A DNA stretch of 64,000 nucleotides, taken from Pelagomonas calceolata (lineage: Eukaryota). The notes beneath the pieces are model-generated. The model made no database searches and was not told the origin of the DNA. It worked only from the letters and a program-made list of their open reading frames with translations. This document shows positions 21,614-32,892 of this stretch, piece by piece. Location: positions 4,278,001-4,342,000 of the forward strand of contig CAKKNE010000003.1 of the NCBI GenBank assembly GCA_918797485.1, in the 5' to 3' direction. Numbering within the stretch: position 1 is the stretch's first letter; every line of letters begins with the position of its first letter. The position numbers and the translations under genes are program-made.

Positions 21614-23779
21614 ATGCGCGTCCTCGAGCGCAGCCACGGCCTGCGCCGCTCGGTCAGCGGCACGCTCCGCCCACGCGAGGCTCCACAAAAGCCAAGGAGG
21701 CGGCCCTACGTCGTCGCGGCATTCATACTTGTTGTCTTCGGAGCGGCCACGCATGTGTACATCGATTACGAGGCGGTCCACGCTGGTGATGTCGAGAAGG
21801 CGAACGCGCCCAAGGAGAAGACGGACCGGGAACCAGTCAATGTGGTCGTCCGCGTCCTGAGCCGAAACAAGGGCGCGGCGGAGGACGTAGCTAGACGGTT
21901 CCGGGCCGCCTCGCCGAAGCGCGTCGAGCTCTGGGAGACTAGTGACTCTTCAGAAGCTAGAAAAACGCGGTTGAAAGAAGAAGGTTTGATCATAAGGCTG
22001 CTCTCACCGCAAAAGACAACAACTCGTTATTTCTTGGAGATGCTCTCCGAGGACGAGGAGGACGCGTTTTTGATTGATGGGGATCAATTCAGTCTACCGG
22101 GCGCCGTCGTCTCGTCAAAGGAGAGCATCAAGGCCATCAAGAAGACCCTGACCAACGAGAAGGGCAAATTACGGTTCGAGAGTGGTGACGGCTGGTGGTC
22201 ACAACCAATCAAGATGGTGGCGCTGACGAACGGTGGATTGAAAACGCACGGCGGCCACCAGTGGCTTCAATCATTCCGGGCGTCGCTAGATGAGTTGGAA
22301 GGTTTGGTTGAGGGTCGATCACAAAGTACAATGGACCTGGCCGGCCAACTAGCTCTCAGAGAGGCCTGGTGGCGCGCTCCTATTGAATTAGGAAGAGTTT
22401 TGACCGCGTCTTCGTTTGTGCTGTGGGAGGTTCCTTCCCCCAGTAAATTCGAGCATGACAAGCCGGGCTCCGTCCAGCGCGCGCTGCGGGATTCAAGGAT
22501 AGCATCGCACCAGACGTCGAAGCGGCTGTTAGATGCGGTCGAACGGGAGCGCAAAGTCTCGGACAAGGCCTGCCCTAGACAGAAGCCCCCGGCGCCGAAA
22601 CACGGCGTCGTCGTGGTGAGCGGCGCGGACGCACGCACCCCCGGTGATGATGCTGGATGGGACGCGCCGCTCGGCCTTACGTCTCTCCCGAAGGGCGCCT
22701 GCAAGCCGGCGGCCTGTGATGACGTTCGTGCTCAATTGGGAGGCGCGAAAGCGAATTGGGCAAAGCATTGGTCGTACCCGTTCGTGTTCGGTGTGACCTC
22801 TTCCCTAGCGCCGCACTTGGATGCGTTAGGATTGAAGAACTTCGAGTTCGCGAAGCCGTTCTTGCTGATTGATGCCTTGCATGGTCGAGCGCGATCATTA
22901 AGAGATCAACCGCGCAAGGGGCACTGGCTCGCTTGGTTGGATCACGACGTCTGGCCCCACCCGGAGACGGCGTTTTCCGATGTAGGTTCGTTGGACGTCT
23001 ATTTGGATGCTGTGGACGCGAAGGCGTCGATCGCATTGGGCAACTTCCGTTCGCTCAATACTGGTGTTTTATTTGCGAGATTGGACCTGCAGGGCCGGGC
23101 CATCCTCCACGAGTGGGCCCTTACATCAGCGTCGGGTGTCGTCGAGTGCCAGCCCTACGACCAGGCCGCGTTGCAATTAGTTTTATTGGCTCGGCTCCAA
23201 GCCAAGACCATCAAGACGCCATTATTCACAAGTCCCTTCGACTACACTTGTACGAAGGCACTAGGCTGCGGCGGCACGCCCGAAAAGCCTTTTGGGATGT
23301 GCAACCCCCACTACCATGCATCGGTCAAAACATTATTGAGGGCGCGGAACCGGTGCGGCTCGCCGAACTGCGACCAGCACTTTGATCGGGGGCGGGCCAA
23401 CGATATCCTAGGAGAGGCCGGCTTCTTCACGATCACGGAAGACGTGAACCGCCCCAGGCCGCAGTGCTTCGATTCGCAACGATTGGATGGGTGTAGGACG
23501 CGGCCGGGGGCGAACTTCGATGTCGTGTCGAGGGAGGCGTCGAAAGCCTGGCTCTTCAACCACAAGGGCCTGGATCTGTTCCTCCGGTCGCGGCCGCGCG
23601 GCGCCAATAATGATGAAGGGGTTTGCGCGGGCCGCGCGTTCCGGGGCGGCGTCGGTGACACGCCCAAACAAAAATGCACGAAGAGCGACCAGGCGGCCGG
23701 GAAGTGCCGCAAGGTTGCTCGCCCCTTGTCGGAAAAGAGAACAAAAAAGAAGCGGCGCATTAAGAAGCCGGCGGGGTAG
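21614..23779 (+). CDS. Type II membrane glycosyltransferase with GT34 (galactosyl/xylosyl transferase)-like domain
   Basis: Long intronless ORF; N-terminal TM (YVVAAFILVVFGAATHVYI); WLAWLDHDVW, LNTGVLF and YDQAALQ motifs; ATG at 21614 follows ACAACACA. Confidence 0.65.
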   Translation: MRVLERSHGLRRSVSGTLRPREAPQKPRRRPYVVAAFILVVFGAATHVYIDYEAVHAGDVEKANAPKEKTDREPVNVVVRVLSRNKGAAEDVARRFRAASPKRVELWETSDSSEARKTRLKEEGLIIRLLSPQKTTTRYFLEMLSEDEEDAFLIDGDQFSLPGAVVSSKESIKAIKKTLTNEKGKLRFESGDGWWSQPIKMVALTNGGLKTHGGHQWLQSFRASLDELEGLVEGRSQSTMDLAGQLALREAWWRAPIELGRVLTASSFVLWEVPSPSKFEHDKPGSVQRALRDSRIASHQTSKRLLDAVERERKVSDKACPRQKPPAPKHGVVVVSGADARTPGDDAGWDAPLGLTSLPKGACKPAACDDVRAQLGGAKANWAKHWSYPFVFGVTSSLAPHLDALGLKNFEFAKPFLLIDALHGRARSLRDQPRKGHWLAWLDHDVWPHPETAFSDVGSLDVYLDAVDAKASIALGNFRSLNTGVLFARLDLQGRAILHEWALTSASGVVECQPYDQAALQLVLLARLQAKTIKTPLFTSPFDYTCTKALGCGGTPEKPFGMCNPHYHASVKTLLRARNRCGSPNCDQHFDRGRANDILGEAGFFTITEDVNRPRPQCFDSQRLDGCRTRPGANFDVVSREASKAWLFNHKGLDLFLRSRPRGANNDEGVCAGRAFRGGVGDTPKQKCTKSDQAAGKCRKVARPLSEKRTKKKRRIKKPAG

Positions 23780-24591
23780 TAACGTTGTTTATACATAGGA
23801 GAAGTCCCCTCCTGCCCGCGCCTCGGACTCGTACAACAACTGCGCTCAGATGTATCGAGGTACCCGGGCAGCGTATCGGCGCGGATCCGTTGCGCCCCGC
23901 ACGAACCTGCTGGTTGCAACCGGCGCTCGGCGTTGCGAGCGTTGCCACGCGCCAGGTGCACGGGCTGCCCGTCGGATGCCGCCGTGGCAGTCGTCTGCTC
24001 CCGCCCGCAGCGCAACCACGAGCCGCGCGCGCCGGAGGCTGCCTCCATAGTGTCGGCGGCAGTTTCGCGGCAAGGTGGTCGGCAGGGCCCTTGCATAGGA
24101 TCACAGCTACGCCGAGGGCGTCGGGCGGTTTGCCACGACGGGCGGCAGGCGCGCCCGCGGTCTTCGCGCCCGCACCGCTATAGGGCCGTATCGCGGCAAG
24201 GTCATTCATGGTTTAGAGTTTTGGGGGTTCGGAGAGTTTGGGGGGTTTAAGGTTTTACGGGGGCCATTTTGCCCACCATACTACCGGCCCCCTGATGTTA
24301 GGGTGCTAGGACTAGTGGGCGGAGCCCCTGCCCAGGGCTGGGGAGGGACACCGCGCGTCGCCGATTCATCGGCGGCGGGCGCTGGCCGCTTCTTTCATAA
24401 CAGCGTACCTCCTTCTAAGCAGAACCGCCTCGGCAAACCCCAGAACAATGTGCAACGTTCGCCCGTTCAACTACGCCTCCCCATCAAAGCTAGTGTCTTA
24501 CAGACCGCTAGCTCGTTCCTTTTTTGTTTGGCCTGTGACTATTGTAGGCAAGGACAGCACGTCGTATTACTCTGCACAAGCTCCAGCCGTC

Positions 24592-27564
24592 ATGACCCGC
24601 TCGGGCACGGGCGGGGGCAAGGGCAAGGGCTCCAAGGATGCCAAAGCCACAGCCAGGGTCAAAGCCCCCAAAAAGGGCCAGCGCCGCGCGCGGCCGCAGC
24701 AGCCGACACGCGAGCAGTTTTCGGAAGGAAATGATGCTCACAAAGTCGAAGCCAAACGGCAGATCATGATCGCCATCAAGCGCGGCCGCACGGATCAGCC
24801 CGCCATCCGAAAATTCATCACGGACGACGAGGAGAAGCTGGACCAGAACCCCTTATTTTATGGCGATAGCACGAGAAGCGTTGCGTTAGGCCATTATATT
24901 CGGAAGGTGTTGAGGGAGACTGGTAACGAAGCGAGCATCGCGCCGCCGACGCGCGTGGTGGCGTGGCACATTGGCACGCACGCCGGCACGTGCGAGTTCG
25001 ACGAAGCTTCGACCGTCATGGTCCTCGACACCGGCGAGGACGAGTCGGACGGCGTGCGGCCCGAGCGAGTGCTGTGCTTCCAGTCGTTGCGGGGCAACGA
25101 AGTCTGCTATGCGGGCGGCCTGCGCCGCCAATCGATCCGCATCGCGCCGGAAGCCACGAGAGAGTCTCTGGCGCGACGGCTCTTCTTCGCACGGCAGGGC
25201 TCCGTCGACGAGCCGATGGACGAGCCTGCAGTCGGAGCGCCGGAGGGGGCCGTCTTCGACCGCGAGGTGCTCTGGCGGGGCGAGGAATGGCGGTCGCCGC
25301 GCGACACGATCGAGGCCGGAGGACCCCCGACGCCTTCGTGGTGCGTCTGGGCGGCCTGGACCCAGCTCTCCGACGGCGACGACGCGGCGACGCTGCGGCG
25401 GAGCCGACGCCGCGCGCCGAAACCGCCGCCGCGGGGCGCCTGGAGGGTGCGCTGGTCGGACGACACGGAGTCGCTCGCTTCGCGCGACGACGTCCGCATC
25501 TGCCCCGCGCGCCTCCCGATCGAGCCGACGGCCGAAGACCTCGCAAGGCTCGCGGCCGAGATCTCGCTGGAGGACTGCGTCGCGGAGGCGGTCTTTTCGA
25601 TAGATGTCGAGTCGCGCGCGGCGCTGTGCCGCCACCTGGCCCACAAGGGCGAGGAGAGCGCGATCGTCGACGCCCGCGTGAAGGACTGCGTCGAGGCCGA
25701 GATCGCGGTCCGGGACACGCTCGACGCCCTCGGCCTCGCTCTGCCGCGCTTCATGGGCGGCGGCTGGACCCGGGTCGCCCCGGGTCAACGTCTCTCGGAG
25801 GACGGCGACGAGATCCTGGTGCCGTGGGTGCTCGACGGCGTCCGCCAGTCCGACGCGCGCTTCCCAAACACCGATGAGGGTCGCATCAAGGCGGACCAGT
25901 TCGTGCTCGAACACTGCGGCCGGGCCGTGCGCCTGGCGCAGCTGCGGGCGAATCTGGCGACGGTCCAGCGGAACCCCTCGGTGACGGTCGCGCAGCTCCC
26001 CCACCCGCCCGGCCCAAGCGTCGCCGCGGCGTGGCGGGGCGAGGCCACGGAGCTGCCGACGGACGGCTCGACCTACGCGCCGGCGGGGCAGCGCCGCGCC
26101 GTCGCCGTGTCGTCACTGCTGCTGCGCGGCGCCGCCGACGCGCCCGCGCCGCCCCCACTGGATCGCCCTCGAGGCGTGACCCCGGCGCCGCCGCCGCCGA
26201 AGGAGGAGTCCTCGACGCAGAAGGCGAAGAAGAAGAAGGCGAAGCGCCGGCGCAAGCCGCCGCAGCCGCCGCCCGCTCCGAGGTTCGGCGACGCCGACGC
26301 GATGCCGCCGCCGCCGCCGCGCGAGCCGCCGACGCGCGGGCGCGCGCTGGACCGCTCGTCGCGACCGCCGCGCGCGCGGTCGCGGTCGCCGCCGCCGCGC
26401 GGGCCGCCGACAGCGCGCGCGGCGCTGCGGCGCCGCGACGCTGCCGCGGACGACGCGGGCGACGACGCCGACGCGATGCCGCCGCCGCCGCCGCCGCACG
26501 CGCCGCCGTCGCGCGGGCGCGCGCCGGGCCACTCGTCGCGAACGCAGCGCGCGCCGCCGACCGCGACCGCGCGCGCGGCGCCGCGCCGGCGCGACGCCGC
26601 CGCGGAGAGCGAAGCGGTGGTGACGAAGGAGCAGGCGCTGGGGCTACTGGAGGGCGCCTTTGACGGCGCGTCCGCCCTCTCCGTCGCGGCGCTGCGCGAG
26701 CGCTTTGGTACGGCGCTAGCGTCGCTAGAAGATGAGTCGCCGCGGACGCTCCCTGCAGGCGGGCGCGCGGTGCGCGGCGACGCGGCGCCGGCGGTCGGCG
26801 AGAAGCGCGGCCGCGGCGGCGTCGAGCGACCGGTGGCGCGCGCGCCGCGGCCGCGGGCGCGGTCGATGAGCGTGAGCGACGGCGAGCGCGAAGCGCCCTT
26901 CACGGCGCCGCCGATCCAAGATGAGGTCTACGACAAATATAGGCGCACCATTCAAGATACAATTGAAAGGGAGAAAGGCCAAACGAAGAAAAGTGTCGAC
27001 CAGTACGCGCTACAGGCGACGCAGGACCATAAGAAAGAGGAGCTGTTGCGGACTGAGAAGCTGCACATTAAGGGCTGCCTTCGGTTTGGCGTCGGTATCG
27101 CGTGCGATTGGTGCTTGCGGGTGCCGTGCTCTCGCCCGGAGGTGTTCGGGCAGACTTGTGACGATGAAAGGATCGATGTCGCGTATTTGAGAGCGCGGAA
27201 GCTGCCTCCGTCGAAGCGTTTGGATTTTATGAACAAGGCCATCTTGGATGATCCGGACGGGCCGGGACGCTATCTTCTTGAGAAGATTTACGGCTGCAGA
27301 AAGCCGCTCGACGACACGCAGTACAGCGCCCTGCGCCGACTGTGGGTGGTCGCTAGCATCCGCACGCCCCAGGAGTTCGTTCGAGAGGCGCTCGTCCTGC
27401 GGCCGTATCAATTCGCGGCGCGGTGGAGCGGCGGTCGCAAACCCGTAGAGATGCCGCGCTACACCGGCGCCGCGCGGGTGCGACTGGTGACGAAGGTCGT
27501 CGACGCCGCCACTGGATTGAGGACGGTTCGGGAACAGGCCGCGGCTCTACCACCGCTCTCCTAG
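24592..27564 (+). CDS. Hypothetical protein (~990 aa), Pro/Arg-rich centre, basic NLS-like stretch
   Basis: Long ORF with non-shadow amino-acid composition at both ends; no family confidently recognised. Confidence 0.55.
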   Translation: MTRSGTGGGKGKGSKDAKATARVKAPKKGQRRARPQQPTREQFSEGNDAHKVEAKRQIMIAIKRGRTDQPAIRKFITDDEEKLDQNPLFYGDSTRSVALGHYIRKVLRETGNEASIAPPTRVVAWHIGTHAGTCEFDEASTVMVLDTGEDESDGVRPERVLCFQSLRGNEVCYAGGLRRQSIRIAPEATRESLARRLFFARQGSVDEPMDEPAVGAPEGAVFDREVLWRGEEWRSPRDTIEAGGPPTPSWCVWAAWTQLSDGDDAATLRRSRRRAPKPPPRGAWRVRWSDDTESLASRDDVRICPARLPIEPTAEDLARLAAEISLEDCVAEAVFSIDVESRAALCRHLAHKGEESAIVDARVKDCVEAEIAVRDTLDALGLALPRFMGGGWTRVAPGQRLSEDGDEILVPWVLDGVRQSDARFPNTDEGRIKADQFVLEHCGRAVRLAQLRANLATVQRNPSVTVAQLPHPPGPSVAAAWRGEATELPTDGSTYAPAGQRRAVAVSSLLLRGAADAPAPPPLDRPRGVTPAPPPPKEESSTQKAKKKKAKRRRKPPQPPPAPRFGDADAMPPPPPREPPTRGRALDRSSRPPRARSRSPPPRGPPTARAALRRRDAAADDAGDDADAMPPPPPPHAPPSRGRAPGHSSRTQRAPPTATARAAPRRRDAAAESEAVVTKEQALGLLEGAFDGASALSVAALRERFGTALASLEDESPRTLPAGGRAVRGDAAPAVGEKRGRGGVERPVARAPRPRARSMSVSDGEREAPFTAPPIQDEVYDKYRRTIQDTIEREKGQTKKSVDQYALQATQDHKKEELLRTEKLHIKGCLRFGVGIACDWCLRVPCSRPEVFGQTCDDERIDVAYLRARKLPPSKRLDFMNKAILDDPDGPGRYLLEKIYGCRKPLDDTQYSALRRLWVVASIRTPQEFVREALVLRPYQFAARWSGGRKPVEMPRYTGAARVRLVTKVVDAATGLRTVREQAAALPPLS

Positions 27565-28558
27565 TTTGTCGTGTAAGCAATAGTTGTTTTCCAGTGACTG
27601 CGTTTTGGGCCTGGCGGCGGCCCCGCGGTGCAAAGTGAAGGCCCTCCGATTTTCGCCTTCACTCCGGAAGTATCGATGCGTATGCTCCGATACTTAGTAC
27701 AACGAGTGGAAATTTCTTTCCTCGGCCTCACACGCGTGGGCACGCTTGGCTGCTTGCTTGCTAGTGTCTTACAGGCCGCTAGCCAACAGTGCAGCAGCTC
27801 CTCGTACGTACGCGTGGGCCTAGCGCATTGAACGACTGCTGCGGGAAGCTCCAAGTGAGCCTTACTTTGTCCGCAACACTCGTACGTCCGAGAAGATGGC
27901 TGTCGTGAGCTTTGGGTGGTGAGGAGCTGTGCTCTCCCACAGCCTCGCAACACCAACAGTGTCGCGCGCGTCCAAACGGTCCGCGCGGCAAAGCGACGTG
28001 TGCGATTGACCAAACTAGTTCGGCGCAGTGTCGACGCGCGCTCACGGTAGCCGAATGCCATGGCGCGCCATGGGCGAGAGCTACACGTGCTCCCACGGAA
28101 GCATAGGTCGAAGGACGCGGCGCCGACCCTACGACGGTACTCTGAAAGCATTAGCTCGGCTCTACCGCGCGGGCGTGTCGTCGACGCGGCGTGCCCAAGT
28201 CAGGTCGCGGCTGGCGCGCCGAGAGGTAGACCTCTACACCGCGAGGTGCTGGGAGACCTACTCGTGGCGATCGCGACTCGAAACTGACCAGCAGCGATCA
28301 CGCCGGCGGCCACTTGGCGGCCATTTTTAGAGGTGGCGCACAATGTTATTCGACGCGCGCGGCATCGCCTCGTTTTGGACGCCGCGCCGACCGCGAATGT
28401 GCGGTGAAGCGTGCGAGCGGCGTGGTGGCGCGGTGCGGCGTTCTCCGACTCGGCGCGCGGCCGCGGTCGTGCGGCATCGAGTGTGGTCTATGACCGGAAT
28501 CGAGGTCACGGTCCCCTAGGAATACAAGAGTTCAAGTTCAAGGTAGTTATAACTGCGC

Positions 28559-29143
28559 CTAGGCGAGGCACTTCCCCTCCGCGTCAATGCACTCGTCCAT
28601 CCACCGGATGGACTCGTCCTCGACCTCCGGGCCGTAGCGGAAGAGCTTGGCCGCCTGGTTGTAGAAGCCGCCGAAGTAGTTGTTGACCGTCGCCCACTCT
28701 GCGCGGACGTGACCCCAGTGAACGCGTGGCCCGAGAGACGTACGCCCGAGAGTCCAGAACCGCAGCGCCGTCGAGCAGGTCTCTCGACGATGGCGTGGGG
28801 ACGGGCGATTAACCGGGGCAAGTCGAAGGCGCGTTCGACGCCGTCGCGCACCAAAGAAACAATTCTTCGGGTGGTCCACAGCCGACGAGAAGACGTGGTC
28901 GATGGCCGAATTCTCCACCAAATAATCGAGCACCTTCAGGTAGGCCTGGCGCGTCTGCGCGTCTTCCGCGCCCTCGATGCGCGTCTTGAGGTCCGGGACG
29001 CGCATGAGGACCATGACCTCCCAGCCCGAGTACTCCTCGTAGCCCTCGATGTGGGCTAAAGATATCGCTTTGCGGTACAATTGGAGGTTGCCGTCGTGGG
29101 AGTCGCGAGGGCCAGTGCTACCGCGGCCGAAGTAGGCCCCCAT
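28559..29143 (-). CDS. Hypothetical protein or fragment
   Basis: N- and C-terminal parts have coding-like composition; the middle may be an intron or frameshifted. Confidence 0.3.
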   Translation of the reverse strand: MGAYFGRGSTGPRDSHDGNLQLYRKAISLAHIEGYEEYSGWEVMVLMRVPDLKTRIEGAEDAQTRQAYLKVLDYLVENSAIDHVFSSAVDHPKNCFFGARRRRTRLRLAPVNRPSPRHRRETCSTALRFWTLGRTSLGPRVHWGHVRAEWATVNNYFGGFYNQAAKLFRYGPEVEDESIRWMDECIDAEGKCLA

Positions 29144-29512
29144 GACATGCTCGTAGACCGGGCAATCCTGCGACCCCAGGTACGATTTTTTATCCTCTGT
29201 CCTGAGGTATTTTTTTTATGCCTTGTCAAGAGCCGTTTAGCGCGTGACGGTTTCAGCCGAGCTTCCTCAAATAAGCTTGAGCGAGCTCGGGCGGCGAGAT
29301 TTACCGCGACGCGGCGTTTTGGGAACTCGATGCTTGCTAGTGTCTTACAGACCGCTAGCTCGAGGCGGGAGAGTCTCTAGAGATTAAGACAAAGCTAAAG
29401 CTAAATCACTAGCGATCGAGCCCCGGGCCTCCTGAGCCCGCGGGTTTCTACGTCGACAGCCATTCTAGAGATTAGCGCTGCGGCGGGAGGTTCGGGCCCG
29501 TCCGAACATAAC

Positions 29513-29932
29513 ATGCAGAACATGCGAGCCGCGCCGGCCGCGCGCCCGCTGCGGCCCGAGCCCCGGCGGCCGCCGCGCGGGGCGCGCGCCTGCCCGCCGG
29601 CGCCGCGCCGCCCGCCGGCGGCGCCGCGCCTCGCCGCGCTGCCGGCCGGCGTCGCGCTGCCCTACCTGCCGGCGCTCGACGCGGGCGACGCGCCCGCGCG
29701 CGACGCCGCGCCGACCGCGCCGTCGACGCCACCGTCGCCGCGGCGCGCGCTCTCGCCCGTGAACGAGGCCGAGGCGACGTTCGCGCCGCTCGCCGCGCCG
29801 GGCCTCGCGCGCTGCAAGTCGGCGCCGCCGGTGACGCCCGCGACGAAGCGCCGCCCCGGGCGGAAGCGGGCCGCGGCCGCCGGGCGGGCGCGGACGCCGG
29901 CGAAGCGCTGCCGCGCCGTCAGCATACCCTGA
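29513..29932 (+). CDS. Small Pro/Ala/Arg-rich hypothetical protein
   Basis: ATG-started ORF coinciding with a very GC-rich island between AT-richer flanks; basic KRRPGRKR stretch. Confidence 0.3.
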   Translation: MQNMRAAPAARPLRPEPRRPPRGARACPPAPRRPPAAPRLAALPAGVALPYLPALDAGDAPARDAAPTAPSTPPSPRRALSPVNEAEATFAPLAAPGLARCKSAPPVTPATKRRPGRKRAAAAGRARTPAKRCRAVSIP

Positions 29933-30336
29933 AAATCACACCCGCCCCGCCCCTTGTCTCTTGTCCCTTCTGTTGCACCCCCCGCCCCGCCAAGTAATGT
30001 GGATGTACAGCCTCCATCTGTTCAACATATTCCGGCGTCGGGATATGTTATACACAGTGACTGCGCGCGTACAGTGCAAAGTCAGATGATGGTTAAATGT
30101 CGCTGATGATAGTCACATATTATATTCCCGTAGCACGGCTCGAGCGTGATCGCCGCGGGCGCTGGGGCCCGTGACGGCGCCGAGCAGACGGGTCTGAGAC
30201 GAGTCAGACGACGCCGCGGCCCTGTCGACTCAGTGTCGAGTATAGACCAGGGCTCCTCCGCCCCAAGAAACAAGGGGAAACCCGAATTCACGTCGCAAAG
30301 GCGTCAGCCATCAAGGGAAGAGAAATGGCACAAGCC

Positions 30337-31863
30337 CTACTCCCCCTCCCCCGACGGGCGCCGACTCGGGTCCTCGGGCGGCGCGACGAAGTGCGGGATC
30401 TTGCCCCGCTGCCAGTCGTTGATGAGCTGCACGGCGACGGTGTGCGCGTCGGCCTCGCCGCCCTTCCGCAGCCGCCCCGACTTGCGCGCCAGCGCGTCCA
30501 CGAACGCCATAGATTGAGCGTGGTCCTCCTGCTCGGACACGCCCGCCAGCCCGTCGAAGGGCACGTCGTAGGTCCTTACAATATGTTGTGGGTCGCACCG
30601 TCTCAATAGAGACGCGATATACACAGAAGGGTCGGGCAGGCGCTCCGCCCGGACCACGCCCTTGAGGACCGCCGCCGCCTCATCATTATCATCATCATTA
30701 TAAACGACGCCGGGGCAGTCGATGAGGTTGACGCGTTTGGTTAGTGCGACGTACTGCCAGATTTTTGTTTCCCCGGGCACGGGCGCAACTTTACAAACGG
30801 CCTTGGCGCGCAGCGCGTTGATCACACTCGACTTGCCGACGTTCGGGTAGCCGACGACGCCGCAGCTGATCTGCTTCGCGTCACTTTTTAAATGGGCGAA
30901 CTGCCTCAAAACATCGATCAGCGCGCCCTTCCCGAAGGGCTTCGTCTGCGACGCGCGGAAGGCGAGCGTCGGCGCCGTCTCACCTAAAATGGCGATCCAC
31001 CTCCTGACCGACCAGTTCGGCACGAGGTCGCACTTGTTCAGCACGAAGACCAAATGCTTGTGCGTCGCCTGCGTCTTTAAGTGAGACACGACGCGCGCGC
31101 ACGTCGTGCCCGGCGGGTCGCGCGCATCCACCACATGGAGGACGACGTCCGAGCAGTCCAGGACCTTATAGAGCTCGGCCCAGATCCGCCGCGACTGGCC
31201 CTTGGCGAAGAGGTCGCGCCCGGTCGCGTCCGTCGACTCCCTTTCCAAGATCTTGGCCTGCTCGCTGCTCCGGGCCCGCGCGTCGGCGCCGCCGCCGTGG
31301 CGGGCGTCGTAAGCGTCGGCCGCCCGCCGCGCCTTCGCGGCGAGCGCCTCCAGCGAGTCGGCGGCGCCCCGGACCCGCTTCCGGGCCGTCCCCGAGCGCT
31401 CGAAGGGCTCCGCGGCCAGGAGCTCCTCCCTCTTTAGTTTCGCGGGCCGCGCGTCCGAGGGCTCCTCGACCAGGGCCGTCGGCACGCGCTTCCGGTGGAG
31501 CACGACGGAGAAGGGGTCGCGCCGCGCCTCGCGCAGCTCGTGGCGGAACTTGTCCAGTTCTTCCGGTCTGATGGTCCGCGTGTTGCCGAACCAGCGCCGG
31601 TCGGGCGCCACGCGGCCCGTCGCGCCCGTGATCTCGGCGTTGCCCGCGCGGTCGCGCCGCGCGAGGTCGCCCTCCACCACGACGCCCTGCTTGTCCCGCT
31701 TGACCTTGCCGCCCGTGTACAGCTTCAGGCGCTTGATCGTCGCCTTGTCCCGGAGCGAGCCGCCGGACCGGTTCGCCTTGCGTCCGGGGACGCGGTCGGG
31801 GTTCGCGGACGACGCGCCCCGGGAGAAGGCGGGCAGGCGCGGGCCGGCCTTCTTCTTGGCCAT
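30337..31863 (-). CDS. NOG2: Nucleolar GTP-binding protein 2 (Nog2/GNL2, circularly permuted GTPase)
   Basis: LRDKATIKRLKLY, PDRRWFGNTR, KGQSRRIWAELYKVLDCSDVV, NKCDL (G4), GYPNVGKSS (G1), DCPG (G3), NDWQRGKIP; intronless. Confidence 0.95.
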   Translation of the reverse strand: MAKKKAGPRLPAFSRGASSANPDRVPGRKANRSGGSLRDKATIKRLKLYTGGKVKRDKQGVVVEGDLARRDRAGNAEITGATGRVAPDRRWFGNTRTIRPEELDKFRHELREARRDPFSVVLHRKRVPTALVEEPSDARPAKLKREELLAAEPFERSGTARKRVRGAADSLEALAAKARRAADAYDARHGGGADARARSSEQAKILERESTDATGRDLFAKGQSRRIWAELYKVLDCSDVVLHVVDARDPPGTTCARVVSHLKTQATHKHLVFVLNKCDLVPNWSVRRWIAILGETAPTLAFRASQTKPFGKGALIDVLRQFAHLKSDAKQISCGVVGYPNVGKSSVINALRAKAVCKVAPVPGETKIWQYVALTKRVNLIDCPGVVYNDDDNDEAAAVLKGVVRAERLPDPSVYIASLLRRCDPQHIVRTYDVPFDGLAGVSEQEDHAQSMAFVDALARKSGRLRKGGEADAHTVAVQLINDWQRGKIPHFVAPPEDPSRRPSGEGE

Positions 31864-32238
31864 CTTCGCCGCGGCGGCGCGGGCGGCGGACCGCTGCTTG
31901 CCGACGAGTCCGTGTCGCACGACGCGCAGCGGTTCGCTGCTTGCTGGATGGTTCTTGAGCACGTCGCTCGCAACGAGACACAGCAGTGTGCGGCCGTGAT
32001 CGCCGGGTTTCGTGTGTGCGCAAGGAAACTCTCCGAGGTCCCGTGGGCCGCTCCACGGACAGCTGGGGAGGAGTCCAACTACATCCTCCGTCAGCCCGCG
32101 CGGAGAGCAACAAGCTGGGGAGAGATAGGCATGAGAGATGGAGAGCTGCCCTTTCGGCCGGGGGCTGCATAATTCCTCCGTCCAGCCGCGCGGAGAGAAC
32201 AGCGAGGGCTGCCCCTACCGCACGCACGGATCTCGTCG

Positions 32239-32865
32239 ATGCGGCGGCTCCCGCTCCTGCTCCTGCTGCCCGCCCGCGGCGGGAGCGCAACGGTGGACTT
32301 CGACGCGGCCGTGAGGGCGGGCGACGTCGCCGCGGTCGTGGGCCACCTCGACGCGGGCCGCGACGTCGAGGGCCAATCAATGGGGAGCACGCCCCTGCTG
32401 CGCGCCGTGGCGCACCGGCGCGTCGCGGTCGCGCGCGCGCTGCTGGACCGCGGCGCCGACCCCGACGTGCGCGGCTCAGGGATGCGGTCGCCGCTCGCGG
32501 TCGCGGCGCGGTGCGCCGCGCCCGGCGACGACCACGCCACGGCGCGCTGCGCCGCGATCGCTTCGGCGCTGGTGGAGTACGGCGCGGACGTCGACGGTTG
32601 CGACTCAATGGGCTGGTCGCCGCTCTTCCACGCGGCGCGCGCGCGCAACGTTTTGATGTTGGAGACGCTGCTCGCCCTGAACGCGTCCGAAAGTTTGATG
32701 GAGCGCTACAACGACGAGGACATCTACTCGGGCCACCGCCGAACGTACGTCGAGCACGCGCGGCGCTTCGCTTCTCCAGACGACGACGAGTGCCGCCTCG
32801 GGTCGGCGGCGGCGCGGCGCGCGTGCGGCGCGCTGCGGGCGTGGCTCGCGGCGCGGGGGGGCTGA
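32239..32865 (+). CDS. Ankyrin-repeat protein with predicted signal peptide
   Basis: MRRLPLLLLL leader; GSTPLLRAV, SPLAVAA and GWSPLFHAA ankyrin motifs. Confidence 0.75.
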   Translation: MRRLPLLLLLPARGGSATVDFDAAVRAGDVAAVVGHLDAGRDVEGQSMGSTPLLRAVAHRRVAVARALLDRGADPDVRGSGMRSPLAVAARCAAPGDDHATARCAAIASALVEYGADVDGCDSMGWSPLFHAARARNVLMLETLLALNASESLMERYNDEDIYSGHRRTYVEHARRFASPDDDECRLGSAAARRACGALRAWLAARGG

Positions 32866-32892
32866 TGTTAGTAATGTGGCCAGTACACAACA

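Noticed and set aside
24210..24262. Telomere-like G/T-rich tract
   Set aside because: Too degenerate; no regular repeat unit.
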